DNA of 64,000 nucleotides from Schmidtea polychroa (Eukaryota): NCBI GenBank assembly GCA_044892525.1, contig CM097886.1, positions 179,230,312 to 179,294,311 of the forward strand, read 5' to 3'. Shown piece by piece: positions 21,233 to 32,719 of this stretch (position 1 is its first letter; each line of letters starts with the position of its first letter). The notes under the pieces were generated by a model. It saw only the letters and a program-made list of their open reading frames with translations, ran no database searches and was not told where the DNA came from. The position numbers and the translations under genes were made by a program.

Positions 21233-21696
21233 GTACTAATATCATCATTATCATATATTTTAGGAAGTTCTCTTGTAAATAAGTCTACACTTTTCTGTTA
21301 TTATTGTACCTCAACTGTGAATCCTTATTGTGGGAATACGGTATCCCCAATTAGACTCTACACAATGATTTGCGATCCAGAGCGATATGTTTGTGCGAAA
21401 CAAGTACAATACTTGGGTTACGAACGTTGAATTTTTAAGGGATTTGTTTAATTATTTAATCAGGCAATCATTCCTTCGGATACATTCGAACTTGCTACAA
21501 GAAAGGTGAGAAGTATTGGATGAACGAAACAATCGGGTGTCAGAACCAAACCAATAAAGAAATTCTTTCGAAATATAATATTACTTTTACAGCCCTGTAT
21601 TGCTTCTGTAATTCCAATTATTGCAACGGTGCAACAATATTGAAAAATGAGTTTTTAATTTATGTATTTCTCATTGAATTAGTGAGTTTGTTTTAA
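21077..21696 (+). CDS. Quiver/sleepless-like Ly6/uPAR (three-finger) GPI-anchored protein, copy 1 (150 aa; exons 21077-21143, 21264-21416, 21464-21696)
   Basis: Signal peptide MKVTKCFPFSAFIIGILTQVIVG; 10 Cys in LFCYYCTSTVNPYC...ICDPERYVCAKQ...YIRTC...GC...YCFCNSNYCN; hydrophobic C-terminal GPI-type tail; spliced length 453 nt. Confidence 0.85.
21164..21232. repeat. (TTA)23 microsatellite in Quiver-like intron 1; (TTA)27 at 37371-37451, (TTA)28 at 53575-53658
   Basis: Direct count. Confidence 0.95.
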
Positions 21697-21823
21697 TGGA
21701 TGCTCGTGTTAGGTGTGGTAAAATACTTCTTGTTTTCATAAATAATTATTATTTTATTATTTTCTTATAATAATGTGTTGCAACTAATTAAAATTCTTTT
21801 ATTTAAAATGGATCATTTTCATC

Positions 21824-21976
21824 NNNNNNNNNNNNNNNNNNNNNNNNNNNNNNNNNNNNNNNNNNNNNNNNNNNNNNNNNNNNNNNNNNNNNNNNNNNNN
21901 NNNNNNNNNNNNNNNNNNNNNNNNNNNNNNNNNNNNNNNNNNNNNNNNNNNNNNNNNNNNNNNNNNNNNNNNNNNN
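21824..21976. repeat. Masked variable tandem repeat (N run; 138 N at 38043-38180, 168 N at 54250-54417)
   Basis: Same flanks in all three copies; lengths 153/138/168 differ by multiples of 15. Confidence 0.7.
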
Positions 21977-22690
21977 CGGATGTCTAACATTTGAATAATA
22001 TAAACTCTATTCTTACTTTTAGCAAGTATCATTTATGTTGTTTGAATCAGACTCGTTTACAGCAGTTTATTTCAAACAAAATCTGATTATTCTTTTTTTA
22101 AGTTTTATTTTAATCTTTTCGGTGATAATAATTTGATAATTTTCAACTTTTTTTTATTTTTAATTTGATAAAATTTTTAATATTTATTTAATTCATATTT
22201 TGGATAATTTTATATTTTAATTAAAATTTTTCATTTGTACTATTTTTTATATAATTATTTTATTTCTTTTCGTACAAATACAAATATCGAAAAAATTATG
22301 AGAAAATTAAAATAATACAATTGACACTTTTTTATATTTTTCAAAAGAAAACCGTTATAACTCACTATCGGATATATATTAATACGTCATACGTCTATCA
22401 CGTTGCGTCAATAACGCATTATGTTGAATAACTGGGGTTGAGGGTTACGTGAGTATTCTGAGTTTTACTGAAATATAAAAGATATGCTTGTATAATATAA
22501 CCTTAATTCTTTCACAATATAGCTTTATATTATATTACAATACACTGATGCTTCACTAAAAGTCAGATCTATGGTCTATTTATCATGATCTATCACTTAC
22601 ACTAAGTGAATGAAGATGATTTAAATATGAACGTGACTACAGAAATATGTATTTGTTAAACAGAAATTCCCATCCGGGCGTTTGTATTGT

Positions 22691-23011
22691 CTAAGCACAT
22701 TGGCATACTCCAGGGACACATGGTCCAATTGGTCGATAATAGAAATATACCCAACAAGAATAGTGTTTGTTCATAGTAACATTGAAAAACCTTGTAGCAC
22801 ACCATTTCGCAGGTCCAAATCCATTTGGATTAAATGGATTGAAATGCCGATCTTCTATAAACAATATAAATCAAAAATAATATTAATTATTATTATTATA
22901 ACCTTCTTGATCTTCAGAAAAGTCATCACTTTCTTTTATTTGATTTGTCTCTTTTGCACATATAATTGATAAAATGAAGCAACATCCGAACAAAAGTAAA
23001 TCTAATTTCAT
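22691..23011 (-). CDS. Secreted Cys-rich prepropeptide C, copy 1 (90 aa; exons 23011-22903, 22854-22691)
   Basis: MKLDLLLFGCCFILSIICA-KETNQIKESDDFSEDQEEDR-HFNPFNPNGFGPAKWCATRFFNVTMNKHYSCWVYFYYRPIGPCVPGVCQCA*; 48-nt phase-1 intron, spliced length 273 nt. Confidence 0.86.
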
Positions 23012-24098
23012 TGTTGTTGATTCGGTCTTGTTGAGATATTTTATAATAATTTTGCGTAGCTTGTTATGAATGACCATACCAGGGTTTCAAGCGTGGGCTC
23101 AGTGTCACCAATAACACATTCCTAGTCAAAATGCTAAACTGTTTTTCTTATTTTATTTCACTTGAATTTCATGTTATGACAAATTTTATCAAATTTTCTG
23201 AATATATTTCTCATTTATACGTCACATTCTTCAGCAGGGCCGGATAGGTCCTCAGGCTAAGAAGGTCGAAGTCTAGGATCTCATTTAGTTAAATGTATTT
23301 AATCTAAATTTTTACTCAAAATAAATAACAAAACAAAATGTAATATAGATATAAAAAATAGGAGCAAAATATTTTGAAAAAACAAAATCTGAAAAAACAA
23401 AATGTAATATAGATATTCCTCTTCTATGAATATTCTATGAATATTCCTCTTTTTCATACATGCCTTTGTACGCGCCATGTTCTTAACAGTTTGGCAAGTC
23501 CATTTGAATATAATAAATTTTTATTTTCTTCAGACATCTCAAGCAAACATTATTTGATAATAAATTTACATTATCTCTAATTACAAGACACTCAAAATTT
23601 GGATAGAAGAATTTAGCAATATTTTTAAATTTGTATTCCGCATTGATTAAATATTAATCAATTAAATGATAAGCCTCTTGCTGAGAAGTATACATTAAAT
23701 AAAATCAATGAATTTTCAACTATAAAAATAATCCATTTCAATTTCCTTGAAATTTTATGTAGTTGAAATTTCTTCGCACCAAATATACTTCGCACAAAAA
23801 GTCTTAAATTATCAATTAATTGTTTAACAATAATAATAATAATAATAATATTATTATTTTTTTTTATTATTATTAAACTAATGATTTAAATTAGATAATT
23901 AAATATTCATATTATTTCAATTGTTTTTTTATAAATTCCAACATTTCTTAAAATATCACCATTTGTAAATAAATTACATTCAACCTACTAACAACAATTT
24001 GTGGCCTACGACCATTTAGTGAAACAACCGTAAAGTATTGCTTACCGAATTTTTGATATAAATAGATTCTTTTACACATTTCACTAAACAAATCAAGC

Positions 24099-24407
24099 AT
24101 GCAATTTATTGTGCTCTTCATATCACTCGCTGTCTGTCCATTATTACTTGACAATTTCGTGAAATCGGACGAATCCATGGATAACGTATTAAAAGGTAAC
24201 TTGAAATTTATCATTGGATTTATATAATTTATATTAAATTCAGTAAATGCATATGCGAGTCCTGTAAACACGGAACCGAATCGAGTATTCTGTGGTTTTC
24301 GCACTGCAAAAGTGAATTTTTATTTAGACTACAAATGTCGGGTACCTTTCTATAGGGATGCTTCAACTAACGGTCCATGTTTACCTGACAAATGCCAATG
24401 CTTTTAA
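24099..24407 (+). CDS. Secreted Cys-rich prepropeptide D, copy 1 (86 aa; exons 24099-24195, 24244-24407)
   Basis: MQFIVLFISLAVCPLLLDNFVKSDESMDNVLKVNAYASPVNTEPNR-VFCGFRTAKVNFYLDYKCRVPFYRDASTNGPCLPDKCQCF*; 48-nt phase-1 intron, spliced length 261 nt. Confidence 0.86.
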
Positions 24408-25719
24408 TTTTGCATACTTTATATGTTTCAATTGGTAAAAACAAAAGCTATTTTCTTTTTATTTGTTATGAAATTTTTATTAATATATTGAAGTGTGATT
24501 CTTGTATAAGTTAATAAAATTTGACTAGAAGAACTTAGCAATATTTTTATATTTGGTGAAATACAAATTTCTAAATATCTCTTATATAAAATAAATGAAG
24601 TTTCCCAATTTCAACAGAAAATGCTTATATTTCAAACTTAGGAGTACTAGAATAATTTTGATATTTTTATTTCATCTTTTAAATTTTTGCTTGTGCAACC
24701 TGGACAAACATAATATTATTTTCAAATTAAATTTGTATTTTATTTGTAAGCGAAATTAATGATGTTTTATTTTTAAATATTCTATATGAAATTTCCCACT
24801 TAGGATCTCATCAAATTAAAATCCGATGTTTTCTCTACCATTCATTTCCCTAGTAACTAGAGTATTTTAAAGGGGAGTGATAGGAATTTGTGATTTTCTA
24901 CCAATTTATTTTTCTGATTTTTATTAAATTACGCAGACATGATGTTATATTCATGGAAGGTCATTAATAAGGAAATATGAACCATAAGAATCATAAAATC
25001 GATTAAAAATATTTTTCAGGTTTTTCTAATTTTCTAAACAAATTTCTGCTATTTCATCAATAACTTTCAATTGAAAGTTAAATTTAGATGAATATTTTGA
25101 TTTGTAATTAGTTTACAACAGAAATTTTAGGGAATTGAAACTTAACAACCCCTAAGAATGCTTATTTGCGTTTCCGGTTTTCTTCTTCGGGATAGGACTA
25201 ACGTAACATGTGACACGTAGCACATTATCTATGTGGTGTTAAATTTTCCAGGTAATCTTGAAGTCATTGCACCGGATTAGTTAATGGACCACCTAATTCA
25301 TTCAGTTTGGTTGATATTCCTCAAAGATCATTATTATTATAGATGCCTGCACACATTCACACAAAATGAGTGACTATTCCTAAATCAAAATTTTTAATTA
25401 AGATTACTAATAGTGCAAACCTAGAATGTGCTACTTGAAATAAATTAAAATTTTAACTTAATTTACGTAATTGCAATTTATTATCTGAGTAAACTTATTC
25501 AAACTACAATAAAAGCTTTTGATTTTTTATCAAATTAAAATTTGTTAAAATTTCATTTTTATCATAGAGACAACTAAAAAATTAATTTGATAAAAATAAA
25601 TTACAAAATATTTATTTTTAAGAGTCATTAAAATACCAGTTGTTTAAATATATCACTTTATTTATAACAAATAGTTTTAATAAGTAAAGACTAGATTATT
25701 ATTATTATTATAGTGAAAA

Positions 25720-28700
25720 ATGACGAAGGATTTATTGGCAGCCCTTAAAGCTGTTAGTTTTATATCAATTATATAAACTATTTGAATTTTGTTAAAATTT
25801 TATTTTTTGAATAATAATTTAATTAATTTTTAATTGCTATTTAAAGCTATTTTGAAAAATCTCTATTTTTTCAATTTCATGTAATGATGCTGAAATAATT
25901 AACATTTAGAGCATAATTTAGTGTTTTATCATGTTTAGACTCAACCGGAAGATGAAGACAGTCTTCCGGATACATCAATTAATGTAGATAGTGCACAATA
26001 CATGAATGAATTTTTTAATCAGGTAAAAATGGCAAAAGAAATTAAACTAAATTAAATGAAATTTTAATAAGGTTGAAGACATTAGAACCATGATAGATCA
26101 AATTCAGAATTTTGTAGACGACGTCAAAAATAAGCACAGTGATATTCTTTCTTCACCACATCAAGATGAGAGTATGGAATCATTTTTCTATATAATGAAA
26201 TTAAACTCCTAAAAATCAACTTTGGATTATATATAATAATTATTATTGACTATTAACAGAAACAAAAACACAACTGGAAGAAGCAATGGCTGAAATCAAG
26301 AAAAATGCCAATAAAGTTCGGTTTAAGTTGAAAAGTAATTTCTTTTTCCCGATATAAATTTCGTATTTCACAGTATATTAAACTTATAAATTGTCAACGG
26401 TTTTTCGGGTATAATTAAATTATAATTAAGCCTAGAAACTATTAAATATTTATTAATAATTTTTAATTGGAATATTCCAAATGGAAAAGTTTTGGCATGC
26501 ATGATTTTATTGTTTAGAATTATCATTATTTGGCTTTGTTTCTGGATTGAGAATTTTTCATATTTGCATCCTGATTTGGTAACCAATAGATTTCCAGGGT
26601 TTGTTGTTGTGCCTGTGTGCGTGCTAGATCAAATGATAGACTTGCACACAGACACGCACACGTTCCTACGGGATTCGTTTAGCGCAATCTGCTATTTTTA
26701 CTATATAGTTTATTGATATTATTATTTGTATTATTAGTACACCTATGAAAGCCGATTGATGAGAGATAATTTTGACGCAATGGTAAATAAATCTATCTCA
26801 GGTAGATATATTTATCCCTCGGTTCATTAATATTATATTTGCTGTTTCTAATTGATTTAATTAAATGAGCACTGATAAAGGAGGGGGCGTCGTGCGGGAG
26901 GGAGAGAGAATGAGCGTTGGTTCCCGATTTCCAATCGGAAGTATTTTTTCAGATTTTAATTCAACAAAACAATCCATTGGAAAATTTGGAATTTATAAAA
27001 TAATTTTAAAAAATTAAATTTTCTAGATTATTTTTAATCATTTTTTTAAATTCTGAAAATATACTTACAATATCGGAAAATATTTTTAAAAAATGCTATA
27101 TATATTATTTATTTTATTTTAAATATTTCATTGATTTTTTTCCCTAATTTATAAGAAAAAATTATATTTTTTATATTATTTTTTTTTTAAAACTTTTATT
27201 GATTTTTTTTTAATTCTAAAAATTATATTTTCATTATCGGAAAATAATTTCAATGGTTTTTTTAATTTATAAGAAAAAATTAAATTTTCTAGATTATTTT
27301 TAATCATTTTATAAATTCTAAAAAATATATTTACAATATCGGAAACAAATATTTTAAAAATCCTATATATATATTTTTAAATATTTTATTAATTTTTTTT
27401 AAAAAATTTCAGAAATTTTTTTTAATTTATAAAAAAAATTAAATATTCTAGATTATTTTTAAATTCTTTTTTAATTCTAAAAATAATATTTTCAATATTG
27501 GCAAAAATATTTTTAATTTATAAGAAAAAACTAAATTTTCTGGATTATTTTTAATCATTTTTTTTATTTCTGAAAATATACTTACAATATCGGAAAATAT
27601 TTTTTAAAAATGCTATATATATTATTTATTTTATTTTAAATATTTCATTGATTTATTTTAAACTAAAAATTATATTTTCAATATCGGAAATTAATTTCAA
27701 TGGGTTTTTTAATTTATAAGAAAAAATTAAATTTTCTAGATTATTTTTAATCATTTTTTAATTCTGAAAATATACTTACAATATCTGAAAAATATTTTAA
27801 AAAATGGTATATATATATTATTTATTATTTTTATTTTTAAAACTTTTATTGATTTTTTATAATTCTAAAAATTATATTTTCAATATCGGAAAAAATATTT
27901 TAAAAATCCTATATTTCAGAAATTTTTTTTTAATTTATAAAAAAAATTAAATTTTCTAGATTATTTTTAAATTCTTTTTTAATTCTAAAAATTATATTTT
28001 CAAAATTGGCCTAAATATTTTTAATTTATAAGAAAAAACTAAATTTTCTGGATTATTTTTAAAATTTTTTTTAATTCTAAAAATTATATTTTCAATATTG
28101 GCAAACATTTTTTTAATTTATAAGAAAAAAAATTTTTTTAAAGTATAATTGTATTTTTTGAATTCAAAAAATATATTTACAATATCGGAGAAAATTATCA
28201 TTAAATTTTTGATCGATTTTTAAAAATCCTAAAATTATAATTTATTAAATCGCAAAAAATCCAAAAAATTAATATTGATTTTTGAAAAAAATATTCCAGG
28301 AAATAAATTTACATTTTTAATGCTGTATTCATTTCTATCTAAAAAATAAAGTTTTTCTTTAGATTTTATTCTCTCAAATTTTATATAGATTTTCTTTATC
28401 AAGAAATTTTCATTTTTCAACTGAATATAAATTAAATTTTTAAATAATTTTTTTTTGATTTTAATAATTTAATTGATTAAAATCTAAAGATTTTAAAAAA
28501 TATATTCAAGGATATAAATTATAATATTTTATTCTAAATTAAATTGGAATTGATTCCAGTTAAAAAAATAATATTTTTCAATTTCGATTTTCCGAAAAAT
28601 TGTGAAAATTTTTATTGATTTATTAAAAAAATAATTTTTATATTTTCTAAACTGAATTAATTTTAATGATTTTTAATTTTAATAATTTTTTTATTTTTGG

Positions 28701-28889
28701 AAGAATATTTTCCGATTAATGTTTTTGACCGCTATTCAATAATTTTTTCTTTTTCGTTTCCCAATGAAAAATATTTATATATTTTTATATAAGATTTAAT
28801 CGATTTCTTCTGCAGACATTGAGCAAAGCATTGAACAAGACGAAGCGCAAGATAAATCATCTGCTGATTTACGAATTAAAAAAACTCAG
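25720..28889 (+). pseudogene. STX1: Syntaxin-1, exons 1-5 only (3'-truncated by the repeat junction), copy 1
   Basis: Exons 25720-25752, 25939-26022, 26072-26171, 26260-26334, 28816-28889 give [122 protein letters not shown], clearly the syntaxin-1 N-peptide plus Habc region. No SNARE or TM exons occur before the junction. Confidence 0.9.
26990..28200. repeat. Degenerate AT-rich satellite in syntaxin intron 4 (also copies 2 and 3)
   Basis: Recurring AAATTTTCTAGATTATTTTTAA...AATTCTAAAAATTATATTTTCAATATCGGAAA blocks. Confidence 0.75.
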
Positions 28890-28949
28890 GTGAGGAGTCT
28901 AATGAAATTATTTGAAGTATTTATGTGATATATAAATTTCTCTAATTTA

Positions 28950-30490
28950 ATTATTTTATAATTGACTTTTAAAATTTTAACAAAAATTTATAATATATTA
29001 TTAATATTATTTTATTTTTTATTTATCTTTTTAGTATTATTTTTCTATAAATTTTTTAATTTTCACGTATTTTTAATTTTATTTTCTATTATTTTTATTT
29101 ATTATTATTTAATTATTTATTGTTTATTTATTTTTAATATTATTAATATTTAACTGTTATTACTAATATTATTTTATTTTTTTAGTATTATTTTTAAATA
29201 AATGTTTTAATTTTTAATTTATTATTTTTATTTAATATATTATTTTATTTTTATTGTTTATTTATTTTTAATATTATTAATATTTAATTGTTATTACTAA
29301 TATTATTTTATTTTTTAATTTTTTTAATAAATTTTTTAGTCTTCGCGTATTGTGCATTTATTATTTTTAATTTAATTTTTTATCATTATTATTTATATTA
29401 TTAATTTATTATTTTTTTATTTTTTATTAATATTATTATATTTTTGTTTATTTGTTTTTTATTTTTATCTCATTTTATATTGTTTATTTATTTTTAATAT
29501 ATAATTGTTATTACTAATATTATTTAATTTTTTAACAAATTTTTAACCTTTACCTATTGTTAATTTATTATTTGTAATTTTATTTTTTATTATTATATTA
29601 ATATTAATTTATTATATTTTTGATTATTTTTGATTTATTATTATTATTTAATATATTGTTAACATTATTTTATTGTTGTTTATTATTTTTTTTATTAATG
29701 TTATTTCATTATTTATTTTTTAATATTTTTAATATATAATTGTTATTACCAATATTATTTTAATTTTTTTAGTAATATTTTTTAATAAATGTTTTAATTT
29801 TTAATTTATTATTTAATATATTATTTTATTTTTATTTCATTTTTTTTAATATTTAATTGTTATTACTAATATTATTTTTTTATAAATAATATTCTTCACG
29901 TATTGTTAATTTATTCATTTTATTTATATTAATATTTTTTATTTATTTAATTTTAATATTTAATTGTTATAACTTAAATTATTAAAATATTATTTTGATG
30001 TTAGTTTTCATTATTTATTTTTTACTTTTAAAAATTTAATATATTGTTAATATTATTTTATTTTTATTATTAATTTCTTTTATAAATTTTCATATTCTCT
30101 TTATTGTTATTCACTCATTTTTAATTTTTAATTTTAATATTATTTATATTTTAGTATTATTTTTAAATAATTATTTATTATTATTATTTTATTTAATATT
30201 TTCAAATTTAATATTTCTTTTAAAAATTTTTATAATGTTAATTTATTATTGTTTTATTTTTATTTTTTTATTAATATTATTATTTTTAATTTTTTCTATC
30301 TTTAATAATTTTGTAATTTTCCTAATTATAAATTTTTTATATTTATATTGTTATTATATTAATAATTTTAATATTTTTTTCTTTATAATAATTTAGCTAT
30401 TATTATTTAATAATTGTTTTTGCTTTATTATTTAAATTATTTTATTCGAGATATTTTTTTGTTATTTTGAAAATTTTAATATTTTTTAAA
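28950..30490. repeat. Extremely AT-rich low-complexity tract in syntaxin intron 5 (also copies 2 and 3; rearranged in copy 3)
   Basis: Recurring TTAATTGTTATTACTAATATTATTTT motif; almost no G/C. Confidence 0.8.
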
Positions 30491-32719
30491 TAACCCCGAA
30501 AAGAACTTTATATAATTTATTTTAAAATTTTTTGCTCTGTCAAAAATTGTCTAATAATCAATTAAAATTCTCTCTCTGAAAACATCAAGGAATATTAAAA
30601 ATCAATAGTTATGCTTCTCAGGGAATTCCTCAACGGTATATCAGAGTGAGGCCTTCCAATTACCCAATTAACTATTATTTCTCACTCAAATATTATAACG
30701 GCCTGGAAATATCCTCATTTACAAATATAATCACGGAACAAACACATTTCAATGAATTATGTATTGATTAATATTTATTGGCTATCTCAACATAATTTTT
30801 CTAATTCAAAAACTAAATTAATTTTCAACGTGATCGGTTTTAATCGTTGTTTGATATCGAAATAAATTTTATAATATATAAATCGGGACAAACTTTTCAT
30901 TTAATAAAGTCTTCCAAAGCTTTTCTAATAAAAATTATGCGATCTAGGGATAAATAACGCATATTACTTCTTGAAGGTGCAAAGGTAGTGAGTAAATTTT
31001 ACACGCTGGCATATATCTACGATTTTGAAATGACAAGTAAAATGTTGCTCTAAGGATTTTAAAGAAGAAAATATTTAATCATATGAAAACCAGAATAAAT
31101 TATAATTATAATTAAAGCTGACAAGCAATGAATAGCATGTGAATTAATGGTTGCAAAGGTCTGTAACACAGAAACACTGCCAAACGAGACTATAGAAGAA
31201 AAGACGGATTTACAATGAATTACAAAAATAAAGAAAATAAAAATATTGGGTAAGACATTATGTAAAAAATACACATGGGCAATCTAGAAGAATTGGGTTA
31301 CACTGAATAAATCGTGCGAAGAAAATTTAAAAATTGAAAAACGGACATAGCGACCCAATTTTAGGCATTCTGTTCGACCGTATTGGTTGTAACATATTAT
31401 TTGGGGCGTATTTGTAATTAATTATAATCATATATTGTAAAATTGTACTAGCGTTAATAAACTAATATATTGTTGTGAGTAATAGTTGCAGGTGTTTATC
31501 AAAGTAAAAATAATGCGCTAACCTAAGCGATTCGTTGTAAAGCAATAAAAACATGAATTTAGATTATGTAATATCAAACATGAAACGCTTATCCTCATCT
31601 ATCCTCATACCACTGGAGACTAACACTAGAATTTCTGGAAAATATGACAAACTATGCAAACAATGTCAGTAACTAATTCACCTTTTGTGAGGTTCCTAGC
31701 CGGTCAAATTTTTATTTAATAAAAGTCAGCGGAATTTATTTAATAACGACTTTTCTTTCTGTTTATGGATGTTTTTATTTCAAAATATGATATTTAATCA
31801 GGATTATTAAATAGACAAAATCGCAAAAAGGAGTATTGTGTTAAATCTAATATTAGATTATTTTTAATTGAATTATATTTTCGAGCTCATATAATCATAA
31901 ATGAGTTATTGAAATATTTAGGGGGGGGGTGCAAATTTGTATTTTACCTGGGACCCCAAAATAACCTAGGGCTCTACTTAAATTGTGTTTTTCGGTTCGA
32001 CCGAAATATCATTTTATAATTGTGTTTTCTGTTAAAAGTAATGTGCTAGTCACAATCGATCCAACTCCAAGATGTCCTTTTAATATCAAAATCACAAGAC
32101 ACTCAACAATATCATTATTTGAATCAGTACATCTATTATTGGAATTTTGATTGGTCGGTAATAAATATCCAATTGATATCCGTTTCGTAAAGGTCAATCG
32201 GTTGGCAGAGTTATGAATTTAATTTTATAATAATGTTAGCATATAATAATGTTAACATATAATCACAATTTTCATTATTATCTTTATTAATCCGTTCTTT
32301 AGTTTGTTTAATTTGACCAAATTCTGAACCAATTATGTCTGTAAACTCTGCAAAACTCTGCAAAATAATAAAAGTTACAAAGTTTTATCTGCTATAAAGA
32401 ATAAATTTTTAAACATTCTCCTGTTGAGAAGAGTTGCTAAGTTGTATATAAGTTTGAGATAATAAATTCGTGTGGAGTCCTTATTATTATAACCGTGACT
32501 ACAAAGAGTAGGATACTTGAAATTTTCTACCGAAAATATTATAAAACCCCGAAAAATGTGATGAATGTGTTTTTTTATAATTCATAATTTTGTTTAAAAC
32601 GGTCATTTATTATTATTTCTCAACTTTAAAAAAACTCTCATTAATTAAATTAATTAAAATTAATTTGATGAATAATTTATTTTTCCAAATCTTCAGTTAT
32701 ATTTCAAAATCAGATTTCA

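Larger units (their letters stand above)
14722..30956 (+). repeat. Tandem segmental repeat, copy 1 (16235 bp)
   Basis: All ORFs recur at +16.2 kb; unit starts at ACGCATATTACTTC. Confidence 0.97.

Noticed and set aside
21161-21430. Poly-leucine ORF in the ORF track (also 37368, 53572)
   Set aside because: The Leu run is the intronic (TTA)n microsatellite; only the downstream part is a real exon of the Quiver-like gene.
22682-22969. 95-aa plus-strand ORF (also 38886, 55123)
   Set aside because: Antisense to peptide gene C and runs through its intron.
23948-24304. 118-aa minus-strand ORF (also 40152, 56392)
   Set aside because: Antisense shadow of peptide gene D, whose plus-strand splice sites, signal peptide and Cys pattern explain the region.
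26990-30490. Regularly spaced repeats considered as a CRISPR-like array, and AT-rich ORFs at 28235 and 28962
   Set aside because: Degenerate intronic satellite in a eukaryotic gene with no fixed repeat-spacer structure; the ORFs are low-complexity artefacts.
30580-30772. Open frame containing SQGIPQ as a reverse-transcriptase remnant
   Set aside because: Lacks the PQG-S-LSP continuation and any other RT motif.
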